A stretch of 64,000 nucleotides of DNA from an uncultured Candidatus Saccharibacteria bacterium. GTDB taxonomy: Bacteria > Patescibacteriota > Minisyncoccia > Phycocordibacterales > WO2-35-19. Positions 27,523 to 36,886 of the stretch are shown here, piece by piece. A program made the position numbers and the translations under genes. A model generated the notes under the pieces. It had not been told where the DNA came from. It searched no databases and worked only from the letters and a program-made list of their open reading frames with translations. Location: the NCBI GenBank assembly GCA_964630525.1, contig CAZVUY010000002.1, forward strand, positions 33,760 to 97,759, read 5' to 3'. Numbering within the stretch: position 1 is the first letter of the stretch; each line of letters opens with the position of its first letter.

Positions 27523-30500
27523 GTGAGAAAAATAACGCAAAAATTTTTGACCTGCCTGCTCGTTCTGTTTTTGCTATGCCTAAATTCTATAGGTAGTCTT
27601 GTTGTGGCAGAGGAAATTACTGAGCAAGAAATCTTGCCTCAGGCTGCCAACCTCCCTTCCGAGATAGTACAAACTGAAGATCAAGAGACATTTTTGGAAA
27701 CTAACACAGATGTAAAAACTGATATCGAAAATACAAGCGAAGCAGAAACTCCAAGTGATCAGAACGTTCCGGGTGATAATGATCAAAACAAAAGCATACA
27801 GCCGATCCTCGATATTTTGGCGACAACCACGGCTATATCTGTTACCGATCAGGGTGTTGTCGGTTTCCACGATTCTCTTCAACCAGCTGCTATCGGCGAC
27901 CAGGATATACCAACCAAAGAAGAGTCTATAGAAAATATTGATATTGAAGAGTTAACTGACCTTGAACCAGCAGGAGAAGTTCTTGCGGCCATTGCTACTT
28001 CTAGCGCGGCTTCTGCTTCCACTTCCACTTTGACTACCACTCCAGCTGATGATTTTGATGGAGTATCCTTTTTTCAAAAAAGAATGGATATGACCTTTTC
28101 CAAAAACCCGACCAATTTTCTTACTCTCAGAAGTGTAAATCATGATGAAAGATTGCGCTTTGGTATAAGTGGAAGTGTAGCAGAGCTAGATATGATTGTT
28201 GCTAGCAACACGGTTTCTTATAAAAATGCTTTTGAATCTTCCGACTTCACTTATAACATTGGAGAGAAAAGTCTAAAAGAATCTATTATTCTAACAGACA
28301 AAAATCATCCGAGCAGTTTCCTGTTTAGTGTCAATTTGTCTGACTTTGATTACAAGTTTGTAGATAAGGAAATAGTTCTTTATAAAAAGGGGCAGTCAGG
28401 GAACGCTTTTTTTAAGCTGTTTACGATCAGGGCGCCGTTTATGGTCGACGCTCAAGGTGAACGGAATGATATGATGTATGAAGTAGACGGGGACAGTATA
28501 AGGCTTGTGTTGGATGGTGGGTGGCTTAAGCAAGCATCTTATCCGGTGGTGGTCGATCCAACCATAGATATCGAGGTTTTAACAGTGCACTCACATCCTG
28601 CTCAAGGCGAGTATTGGAACGTCGATTTTATTACGGTAGGGACTTCTGATCTGACCATCACACCAGCTGATAAAGCAACAATAGAAGACGACGAGTTCTC
28701 TTCTCTTAAGTGTGGCGATGAAGATAGGACAACGGGCGTCCAGGTGCTATCTGGAGATGTTATTTTTTATCCGAACTGGAATTGTGAGGAGATAGCTACG
28801 GTTAGTCACTTGACTCTAAAGGCTGGCAACCACCATTTAATTTTTGATTTCGGGGGTGAAACTGCAGAAGCATTCAATGCGGCTTTGGTATGGACAGGTC
28901 TTGCTGGTGATGGTCTCTACAGCACGGCTGGCAACTGGTCTACTTCTAAAGTTCCCTCTGCTGCGGATACAGTTTCTTTTGATAATACTTGTACAAACTG
29001 TGATATGACTTTAGACGTTTCGACTACCACCGCTTCCTTCACCATGGCGTCAACTTATTCGGGAACCATTACTCAGGCAAACGGTACGGATTTTATTGTC
29101 ACCGGTGCTTTTTCTCAGTCAGCTGGAACTTTTAGAGGAGGAAATGGCTCAAATACATATCAGGGAAATTTTACGGTAAGTGGAGGGAGTTATGTGTCCG
29201 CTACTACAACCACTTTTACGAGTGGAAACAACACAATAAACATAAATACTACTCAAACATTCTATAACCTTACTTTCAATGGTGCGGGCACCTTCAAAAC
29301 CATCAGTTCTGGAGATACTCTAATTGTTGATAACACACTTACCTTAACTGATGGAGGGGTAAACACTGGTACTATAGAAGCAAGGGGTGACATAAGTACC
29401 GCCTCAACATTTGATGGGGGAACGGCAGTTATAGATTTCGCCAACGATTCTCTTGCTCAGACTTGGACGGTTTCTGGAGGTGTCTCGCCGGTAGTGAGAT
29501 TTAACAGTGCCTCGGACGCTTCGGACTCTGTTGTTATTAATGCGGCTGCAACATTCTATGGAGCTACTACCACCTCTTCTTTTTCTGGAATAATCCCTTT
29601 TTCAAATCCGAGTGCTTATGATTTGACGTTTGGAACGGTCGGCTCATCTTTTACTTGGCATCAAGCCGCCGGAACATTCAATGGTAGTACGGGCACAGTC
29701 ACGATTGCTCAGGGTAGTACTTTTACCATATCCGGTGGAACTTACAATGCCGCCAGCAGCACGGTTTTTGGTACTGGCAACATAACAGTCAACGTAAATA
29801 GTACCCAATCATTTCACGACCTTACTTTTAATGGTGGAGGTACTTATAAAACTATTAGCACAGGAGACACTTTGGTTGTAAATGGGACTTTGTATCTGAC
29901 CGATGGAGGTATCCATAGTCCGGGAAGTTTACAAGCCAATGGGGATATAGTTCAAACCGCAAATTTTGACGGAGGCAGTGTTTATATCGATTTTGCCAAT
30001 GATTCTCTCGCTCAAACCTGGACAGTGGCCGGGGGTACCGGTCCCGGTTTTAGACTGGACAGTGCAGCTGACGCTTCTGATAGCATTGTTATAAATGCCG
30101 CCGCTACATTTTCTGGAGCAAGCACCACGGCTAATTTTGTTGGGACTATTCCTATATCAAATTCAAGTAATTTCGATCTTACTTTTGGATCGACCGCTGG
30201 AGGGCTTGATGCTTGGCAACAAGCCGCCGGAACATTTAATGGTGGTACAGGCACCGTGACATTTACTTGGACTAACAATGTGGTTATATCCGGCGGTACT
30301 TACAATGCGGCCAGCACTACGGTGTTTAACGTCGGCAATATGACGATCAATGTAAATAGCAGTCAAACATTCCATAATTTAACTTTAAGCGGCGCGGGTA
30401 CTTTCAAGACAATAAGCGCCGGAGATACGTTGGTGGTTACTGGCGATCTAAATTTAACTGATGGGGGTCTCAACGGTACTGGAATAATGGAAGCCCAAGG

Positions 30501-33486
30501 AGACGTGACAGTAGCTTCAACCTTTGATGGCGGGACTGGTCAACTAACTTTTTCTGGTTCTGCCAATCAAGATTTTGATCTTACGGGGGCGACATCTTTG
30601 TTTAATGCTGATATTGTTGTAAACAAAAGCAGTGGCGAAGTGAATCTATTATCTGCCTTGGTCATGGATGCGGCGAGTCAGGACTTTACCATAACTTCTG
30701 GTACATTTGATCTAAATGGCAACAATCTTACCGTGAATGGTTCGTCCGGGACACTGGTTGTTCAAAATGGTGGCACATTAAAACTTGACGGAAATGAGAC
30801 AGTCACAGCAAACACTAGCTATCCTCAACTTCAATCTGGATCAACTGTAGAATATGGGGGTACCTCGAGCTACACAATCAAAGGGTATTCGTATTCAAAC
30901 ATGAGTATTAGTGGTTCCGGATCTTTTTCGGCCACTTCTGGCCCACTTACTATTGGTAATAATTTTACTCAATCAGCCGGAACATTTACGGCAGCGGGGG
31001 CGACAACGACTATTGGCGGCAATATCACGCGAACCGGAGGTGCTTTTAACCACAATTCCGGGACAGTACATTTGAACGGATCAAGCCAGACTGTAAACGA
31101 TTCAACTACTTTCAACAATCTTTATAAAGTTGTTTCTTCAGCTGACACTCTGATTTTTGAGGCTGGTGCTACAACTACAGTTGAGGGCACCTTAACTTTG
31201 CGAGGAGCTTCTGGGAACGTTTTAACTTTGGAGAGTTCGATCAGTGATTCCCCGTGGTACATTGACCCACAAAGTACTCGTAGCATAGGCTATCTTGCGG
31301 TTAATGATTCCTATAACTCCAACGCCACAGTGATTGAAGCGGCTGGTACCAATTCTACTGATGGGGGAGGCAACACTAACTGGAGATTTGAGAACAATGC
31401 ACCTACCGCAGGTAGTGCGGCAGTGGCCGATACCGGTACCAACACCATGACCATAAGTATTTCTGGGGCTTCAGATGATACCGCGCTCGCTAGTCTCCCT
31501 TATGTTTTTCATAATATAACGACCGATTATTACTTTGCCGCCACTTCTTCTACTTCAGCGATCTTCACTGGACTTACCGAATCAACTTCCTACACATTTG
31601 AAGTTGGTGTGTATGATATTTATGGTAATAGTGCGACTACTAGTCCGGTTTCTGGTACAACCGATAGTGCTCCCGCACCTGGATCGTCGGAGGCACCAAC
31701 TGCTCCGCCTTCAGGTAGACGCAATAACACAAACATAAGTACAAGTACCCCACCCCAAACTAACCCAAACCAGATTGAACCAGTGACCCCAGAGACCCCA
31801 AAGAATACGAACAAAAAGCCAGAAGAAACCCCACCTCAAGCTCAAAACGAACCAAAAAGCAATCCGAATACTCCGGTGGCCAATCCGGGCCACGGAACTG
31901 CCTCGTCTACACCTGAATCAACCAATCAATCATTCTCGGTTTCAATTTTAGGTTCCCTGAGCAGAAAAATCTGGCTACCAGTTTTGGAAGTACCAATCAA
32001 CTCAAAAGTGAGTCTTCGGTTTGAATCAACAACTAATGTTGCTGGTCGGTATACTCACATTGTTGACTGTGACTCCGATGGTGTTCCGGAGAGAACCTAT
32101 AGAAACAGCAGAAGAAATATATACATTGCCAGAAACACCTGCTTGTTTTCTGAGGCGGGTGTTTACAAGATAAGCTTGGAAACACTGCATTCTGGTCTTA
32201 CTGCAAAAGCTAGCATGATGGTTGTGGTTGGTTCGCCGGTCGTTACGCCACCGCCGGTGGTGGTGGAGCCAGTTGAACCGCCGCCTGTTACCGAGTCCAC
32301 TTCTACTACCCCAGTGTTTGGAGGTGAAAATCAACCTATAATAGAGGTTGTCGTTGAAAACAGGGATACATCATCCCGGTCTGGTGGCGCTGTTAATGGG
32401 GAAACCAGAATAGACAAAGTTTATGCAGATGTTTTCGTGCCTTTTGTTGATTATGCAAATTTGGCTGTTGCTTATCTGACCGCAAGTTTGGGGCTTGGGG
32501 TTTTGTTGGGAATTATTGCCCAGCTTATTTCTGAGATTAAAAATACTCTAGGTTTGGTGTCGGAAAATTATCTCGGGCCGGTTATTACAACTGTATCTAC
32601 GTTGGCAGTTGTAACTTTAAGGTCGTCACTTACACCAGGCCTGAGTAACTTTACGGATGTTATAGCCTTCTTTTCTGGGTTGTTGCGCAACCTGTTTGTC
32701 TGGCTGCACTTGAGAACAAAAAGAAGGTATTGGGGAACAGTTTATGATAGTGAGAGCAAACAGCCTATAGATCCGGCCATAGTTAATCTTGTCGATATTA
32801 CAGAGAATAAGGTTGTGGAGGAAGCGATAACTGATCTTTATGGCCGTTTCGGATTTTTGGATCGCTTAGGAAAGTTTAAAATTACCGCGGCCAAAACCCA
32901 CTATTCATTTCCATCAAGAAATATTTCTGGCAACGATGATGGGATTTACCAAAATATATATCGAGGCGAGGAATTTGAAATAAAAGAAATCGATAATGTT
33001 ATAACTCCCAACATTCCGATGGACCCAGAACAATTTGATTGGAATCAGCAGGCTAAGCAGAAGTATGTAAAGTTTCATCCAGTTTTTGATTTATTTATCA
33101 TGCGAACTTTAGATTTCCTCTCATTCGTGTCAGTGTTAGTTGTTGGTTTTCTGTTGCTTTACAACCCATCTGTATTAACCTCCGTTTCCTTCGTAATCTC
33201 CTTTGCTGTTGTTGTTTTGAGTTTGTTTTTACCACCTACCAGGCTCTGGGGAAAGTTAAATGGCTTACCGTCAGGTATGAAGGTGATGATCTATCTGTAC
33301 CCAAAAGCTCTTCCTACAGTTGTTGTGGGTAAGGCTCATGTTGATGTTGATGGTAGGTATTTTCTAAAATCATCACCAGGCAACTTTATCCTAAAGATAA
33401 TAAATTTGGAGACTGGAGCCGAACTCCATGTCTCTGAGGTAAAGATTAGTGGGAACGGGGTTTTGAATCAAATAATCGATTTGTAA
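27523..33486 (+). CDS. large repetitive surface protein (beta-solenoid-like repeats, FN3-like domain, C-terminal TMs, carboxypeptidase-regulatory-like domain)
   Basis: Signal peptide; LKESIIL...APFMVDA...YPVVVDPT module; ~185-aa Thr/Gly-rich repeats; FTGLTESTSYTFEVGVYD; Pro/Thr linker; WGTVYDS..KQPIDPAIV...ITDLYGRFGF. Confidence 0.85.
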   Translation: MRKITQKFLTCLLVLFLLCLNSIGSLVVAEEITEQEILPQAANLPSEIVQTEDQETFLETNTDVKTDIENTSEAETPSDQNVPGDNDQNKSIQPILDILATTTAISVTDQGVVGFHDSLQPAAIGDQDIPTKEESIENIDIEELTDLEPAGEVLAAIATSSAASASTSTLTTTPADDFDGVSFFQKRMDMTFSKNPTNFLTLRSVNHDERLRFGISGSVAELDMIVASNTVSYKNAFESSDFTYNIGEKSLKESIILTDKNHPSSFLFSVNLSDFDYKFVDKEIVLYKKGQSGNAFFKLFTIRAPFMVDAQGERNDMMYEVDGDSIRLVLDGGWLKQASYPVVVDPTIDIEVLTVHSHPAQGEYWNVDFITVGTSDLTITPADKATIEDDEFSSLKCGDEDRTTGVQVLSGDVIFYPNWNCEEIATVSHLTLKAGNHHLIFDFGGETAEAFNAALVWTGLAGDGLYSTAGNWSTSKVPSAADTVSFDNTCTNCDMTLDVSTTTASFTMASTYSGTITQANGTDFIVTGAFSQSAGTFRGGNGSNTYQGNFTVSGGSYVSATTTTFTSGNNTININTTQTFYNLTFNGAGTFKTISSGDTLIVDNTLTLTDGGVNTGTIEARGDISTASTFDGGTAVIDFANDSLAQTWTVSGGVSPVVRFNSASDASDSVVINAAATFYGATTTSSFSGIIPFSNPSAYDLTFGTVGSSFTWHQAAGTFNGSTGTVTIAQGSTFTISGGTYNAASSTVFGTGNITVNVNSTQSFHDLTFNGGGTYKTISTGDTLVVNGTLYLTDGGIHSPGSLQANGDIVQTANFDGGSVYIDFANDSLAQTWTVAGGTGPGFRLDSAADASDSIVINAAATFSGASTTANFVGTIPISNSSNFDLTFGSTAGGLDAWQQAAGTFNGGTGTVTFTWTNNVVISGGTYNAASTTVFNVGNMTINVNSSQTFHNLTLSGAGTFKTISAGDTLVVTGDLNLTDGGLNGTGIMEAQGDVTVASTFDGGTGQLTFSGSANQDFDLTGATSLFNADIVVNKSSGEVNLLSALVMDAASQDFTITSGTFDLNGNNLTVNGSSGTLVVQNGGTLKLDGNETVTANTSYPQLQSGSTVEYGGTSSYTIKGYSYSNMSISGSGSFSATSGPLTIGNNFTQSAGTFTAAGATTTIGGNITRTGGAFNHNSGTVHLNGSSQTVNDSTTFNNLYKVVSSADTLIFEAGATTTVEGTLTLRGASGNVLTLESSISDSPWYIDPQSTRSIGYLAVNDSYNSNATVIEAAGTNSTDGGGNTNWRFENNAPTAGSAAVADTGTNTMTISISGASDDTALASLPYVFHNITTDYYFAATSSTSAIFTGLTESTSYTFEVGVYDIYGNSATTSPVSGTTDSAPAPGSSEAPTAPPSGRRNNTNISTSTPPQTNPNQIEPVTPETPKNTNKKPEETPPQAQNEPKSNPNTPVANPGHGTASSTPESTNQSFSVSILGSLSRKIWLPVLEVPINSKVSLRFESTTNVAGRYTHIVDCDSDGVPERTYRNSRRNIYIARNTCLFSEAGVYKISLETLHSGLTAKASMMVVVGSPVVTPPPVVVEPVEPPPVTESTSTTPVFGGENQPIIEVVVENRDTSSRSGGAVNGETRIDKVYADVFVPFVDYANLAVAYLTASLGLGVLLGIIAQLISEIKNTLGLVSENYLGPVITTVSTLAVVTLRSSLTPGLSNFTDVIAFFSGLLRNLFVWLHLRTKRRYWGTVYDSESKQPIDPAIVNLVDITENKVVEEAITDLYGRFGFLDRLGKFKITAAKTHYSFPSRNISGNDDGIYQNIYRGEEFEIKEIDNVITPNIPMDPEQFDWNQQAKQKYVKFHPVFDLFIMRTLDFLSFVSVLVVGFLLLYNPSVLTSVSFVISFAVVVLSLFLPPTRLWGKLNGLPSGMKVMIYLYPKALPTVVVGKAHVDVDGRYFLKSSPGNFILKIINLETGAELHVSEVKISGNGVLNQIIDL

Positions 33487-33523
33487 AAATATTAGGAAGT
33501 AATTTTCAAGGAACCTAAGAAAT

Positions 33524-33556
33524 AGCTTAGAGCTTTAAGCTAAAAGCTTAGAGTTT
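33524..33556. repeat. 7-bp-period AGCT-core tandem repeat
   Basis: agcttag agcttta agctaaa agcttag agttt. Confidence 0.7.
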
Positions 33557-33601
33557 CAAAAATTCGCCGAAAAAGGGAATTTTTGCTAGTATTCCAGTTA
33601 T

Positions 33602-33673
33602 GGGTCTATAGTTTCAATGGTAAAACATCGGTCTCCAAAACCGAGGTTGCAGGTTCGAGTCCTGCTGGACCCG
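33602..33673 (+). tRNA. tRNA-Trp(CCA)
   Basis: GGGTCTA/TGGACCC acceptor, G73, TCGGT-CT-CCA-AA-ACCGA. Confidence 0.95.
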
Positions 33674-33696
33674 CTAAAAATGGGATGGCCATGCGG

Positions 33697-33846
33697 TTAG
33701 CATGGCCATTTCTCCCGCCCTCTCCAAGAGATGTTGTGGCGTTTAAATTTCGATATTGTTGGCAGCATCACCATTACGCCAAGCGCTATTAGGCAAATGG
33801 TGGGGTACAACCAAAGACGAACAGCAATGTTTTTGATGATGTTCAT
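33697..33846 (-). CDS. 49-aa small membrane protein (below track cutoff)
   Basis: MNIIKNIAVRLWLYPTICLIALGVMVMLPTISKFKRHNISWRGREKWPC; SD AGGGAG; ends within the hairpin atggccatgc/gcatggccat. Confidence 0.5.
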   Translation of the reverse strand: MNIIKNIAVRLWLYPTICLIALGVMVMLPTISKFKRHNISWRGREKWPC

Positions 33847-33874
33847 CTAGAACTTCTCCCTAATTCAATATACA

Positions 33875-34777
33875 CTAATTCCCTAAAAATTTCTTTACTT
33901 CTTTTTGGGCAGATTTTATTTCGGCCGGTTTAATCCAAACAATTTTTTTATCTTTTTTAAACCATGTCATTTGGCGTTTTGCGTATTGCCAGATTTCTTT
34001 TTCTAAAAGGGCGGTAAGTTCCTTTTTAGAAATTTCGCCTTCCAAAAAATCTGCCAAGCGGCGGTATTCGAGCCCCAATTCTCTCAGGCGCTTATAAGAA
34101 ACACCTTTTTGGTAGAGCCACTTAGCTTCTCTGACCATACCCTTTTTAAGCCTTTTTGCTAATCTCAGATTTATTCTTTGTTTTAATTCCTCATTCTCTA
34201 TTTTGATTCCGATTTTACATACTTCATAATTCGTACTTCTTGATTCAAATTTTGGTACTTTGCCCAAAGCTTTGCAGATCTCGATCGCTCTCACGAGTCG
34301 TCTTGGATTTTTGGAGTCAATATTTTTGGCTCTTTCCGGGTCGAGTTTCTGGAGTATGGCGAAAAGTTTTTCGGTCGATTCTGGCTCCAGTTTCTGGCGT
34401 AACTCCAGGTTTGGTGGTGCTGCTGGTATTTGTTTTGCACCCAATAGAGCGTCTATATAAAAGCCGGTCCCGCCGCAGATAATAGGTAATTTATTTTTCT
34501 GGATAATATTTTCAATTGCTCGATGAGCCAACTGGGTATAATCGGCGGCGGTAAATTTTTGGCGAGGATTGGCCACATCGAGTAGGTGATGAGGCACTCC
34601 CCGCATTTCTTTTTTGGTTATTTTGCCGGTACCAATATTTAAATTTTTATAAACTTGTCTTGAATCAGCCGAGACCACCTCGCCATTAAATTTTAAGGCC
34701 AAGTCAACTGCCAAGTCGCTCTTGCCGCTCGCCGTCGGCCCCAAGATAATCAAAATTTTTAGCTTACCCGTTTTCAT
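33875..34777 (-). CDS. miaA: tRNA dimethylallyltransferase
   Basis: GPTASGKS, SADSRQVY, PHHLLD, GGTGFY, NPRRLVRAIE and YAKRQMTWF motifs; likely start is the ATG at 34777. Confidence 0.97.
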   Translation of the reverse strand: MKTGKLKILIILGPTASGKSDLAVDLALKFNGEVVSADSRQVYKNLNIGTGKITKKEMRGVPHHLLDVANPRQKFTAADYTQLAHRAIENIIQKNKLPIICGGTGFYIDALLGAKQIPAAPPNLELRQKLEPESTEKLFAILQKLDPERAKNIDSKNPRRLVRAIEICKALGKVPKFESRSTNYEVCKIGIKIENEELKQRINLRLAKRLKKGMVREAKWLYQKGVSYKRLRELGLEYRRLADFLEGEISKKELTALLEKEIWQYAKRQMTWFKKDKKIVWIKPAEIKSAQKEVKKFLGN

Positions 34778-34919
34778 GAAAATAAAGAAAGGGAGAGAAG
34801 CCCCACGTAAAAGCTTACTCTCCCCTGGGAGTGAATTGTGGTTGGCGGAACGAGGGTGAGTGCCAACCACTTCTTCGCTTGCCCCATCCTCATAATACCA
34901 GCATTGTAATTTTTGTCAA
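34774..34919 (-). promoter_or_regulatory. miaA promoter and structured leader (37-codon uORF plus terminator-like hairpin)
   Basis: TTGACA-16-(TG)TATTAT; ATG at 34887; hairpins gtggttggc/gccaaccac and gggagag/ctctccc followed by a T-rich run. Confidence 0.5.
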
Positions 34920-35140
34920 TCGTTAGGTTTGACTAGAGTAAAACGTGGTCCTTTATAACCAATCTCGGGTTTGTCTATCTTCTCTAGAAACATCTTGATT
35001 GGTCTGATCCAGATTTTCCTCTCTCCATAAAGCGCTTGATAGACTACGAACTCTTCTTTTGTTTCAGAATGTAGACCTACACCAAAAACCTGGTATTCGT
35101 TGCCCTTGAAATGTCTATAAATACCCTTTTTGATTTGCAT
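34916..35140 (-). CDS. DUF1653 domain protein
   Basis: GIYRHFKGNEY.V...HSET.E..VVYQALYG...WIRP..MF...RF. Confidence 0.93.
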   Translation of the reverse strand: MQIKKGIYRHFKGNEYQVFGVGLHSETKEEFVVYQALYGERKIWIRPIKMFLEKIDKPEIGYKGPRFTLVKPND

Positions 35141-35190
35141 ATGCTAATTATGATTGATTTTTCGTTTATTTTCAATATAATAAAACAATT

Positions 35191-35273
35191 GCCGCGGTGG
35201 CGGAATGGCAGACGCGATAGACTCAAAATCTATTGATGGCAACATCGTGTGGGTTCAAGTCCCACCCGCGGCA
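35191..35273 (+). tRNA. tRNA-Leu(CAA)
   Basis: GCCGCGG/CCGCGGC acceptor, ATAGA-CT-CAA-AA-TCTAT, long variable arm. Confidence 0.96.
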
Positions 35274-35275
35274 CA

Positions 35276-35860
35276 ATGAAAAAGCGTGTAAGTAGTGATA
35301 AAAAACTTCATGCGTATATCGTCGGTCTGGCTCTCGGTGACGGAAATCTGTCAAATTCGAATGGGAGAGCTGTTAAGTTAAGGGTTACTTGCGACGCAAA
35401 GTATCAAAAACTGAATAAACACATTTTTGAATCTTTACAGAAATTTCTACCTGATAATAAGGTTTTTGTTTGTAATTCCATTAAAAAGACTTCTGTTGAT
35501 ATTGTTTGTTACTCTAATTATTTAGAAAATTTATTAGGTTGGAAAGCTAAAGGAGGTTCAAAATACTACCAAAAAGTTGAAATACCAGATTGGATCTTAA
35601 GAGATAAAGACTTTATAAGGGAATGTTTGAGAGGTTTGGTTCAGACAGACGGATCGATTTATATAGATAGAGGGTATAAAATGGTAAATATGGTAAGTAA
35701 CATAGAATCTTTAGCTAAATCAACCATAGGGGCAATAATCTCTTTGGGGTACAAACCTAATACACAGGTGCATAACGATCCAAAAACAAGAAAATATACA
35801 ATAAGAATTTCAAAAGATGTAAATAAGTTTATTAAGGATATAAAACTATGGAAGAAATAG
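35276..35860 (+). CDS. free-standing two-motif LAGLIDADG endonuclease-like protein
   Basis: AYIVGLALGDGNL and CLRGLVQTDGSI motifs plus IPDWI; AT-rich; ATG 2 nt after the tRNA-Leu discriminator. Confidence 0.85.
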   Translation: MKKRVSSDKKLHAYIVGLALGDGNLSNSNGRAVKLRVTCDAKYQKLNKHIFESLQKFLPDNKVFVCNSIKKTSVDIVCYSNYLENLLGWKAKGGSKYYQKVEIPDWILRDKDFIRECLRGLVQTDGSIYIDRGYKMVNMVSNIESLAKSTIGAIISLGYKPNTQVHNDPKTRKYTIRISKDVNKFIKDIKLWKK

Positions 35861-35893
35861 AAAAAACATTAATTATGTTAAAATACCAACATT

Positions 35894-36886
35894 ATGAACA
35901 GTAATTCCAATTTTTATCAAGATTCAATCTTTTGGGTTGAAGTCGACAAGATAAAACCCAACCCATTTCAACCTCGCCGCGAGTTTGATGAGACGGCACT
36001 TCGCGCCTTGGCTGATTCGATCAAGCAATACGGTGTTTTGCAGGCATTGGTGGTGACTCGCAAAGAAGTGATCAGAGATGATGGTTTGGGGGTGGAGTAT
36101 GAGCTAATCGCTGGCGAAAGAAGGTTGCGAGCTTCCAAGATGGCTGGTCTTGTTCAGGTGCCAGTTATCATCAGAATGGCCGAAGAACAGTCGGCCAAAA
36201 ATGACCTGATGAAGCTCGAGCTTGCTATCATTGAAAATGTGCAACGTGAAGATTTGAACCCAGTCGAGAGAGCTAAAGCTTTCAAGAAATTGGTTGATGA
36301 ATTTGGTTTTAGGCATCATCAGATTGCTCACAAGATCGGTAAGAGCCGAGTTTATGTGACCAACAGTATGCGCATTCTCGATCTGCCGGAAGAAATACTC
36401 CAAGCCCTTTCGGAGGGTAAGATCAATGAAGGTCATACCAGGCCATTACTGATGCTCATCGATCGTCCGGAAGAACAAAAGGTTCTTTTTCAAGATATTA
36501 TTTTGCGGAAGATGAATGTGAGGGACGCTGAGCAGGCAGCAAGGCAGATCGCTATTGAAAGAGTGAGGAAAATCAATTCGGTGCTTAGTCCTGATTTGGC
36601 AGAGATGGAAGAGAAATTTATGGAATCGTTGCGCACAAGAGTGAAGATCGAAAAAAGAGATCGGGATCGGGGTGGCAAATTGCTCATCGAATTTTTCTCA
36701 GACGAAGACCTGATGTTGCTGCTCAATATGATCACTCGCAACAGGGGGGTGGGGACAACTGATCCTAATCAAGGCGAAGTTGTCATTGGCGAAGGTGTCG
36801 ATGATCGGACGGGTGAAGAGATAAAGCAAGCCGAAGATCGGCCGATCGAAGACGACCTTTATTCAATCAAAAATTTTAGTATTTAA
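35894..36886 (+). CDS. parB: ParB/Spo0J partition protein
   Basis: IKPNPFQPRREF, LADSIKQYGVLQ, YELIAGERRLRA, IIENVQREDLN and an HTH. Confidence 0.95.
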   Translation: MNSNSNFYQDSIFWVEVDKIKPNPFQPRREFDETALRALADSIKQYGVLQALVVTRKEVIRDDGLGVEYELIAGERRLRASKMAGLVQVPVIIRMAEEQSAKNDLMKLELAIIENVQREDLNPVERAKAFKKLVDEFGFRHHQIAHKIGKSRVYVTNSMRILDLPEEILQALSEGKINEGHTRPLLMLIDRPEEQKVLFQDIILRKMNVRDAEQAARQIAIERVRKINSVLSPDLAEMEEKFMESLRTRVKIEKRDRDRGGKLLIEFFSDEDLMLLLNMITRNRGVGTTDPNQGEVVIGEGVDDRTGEEIKQAEDRPIEDDLYSIKNFSI

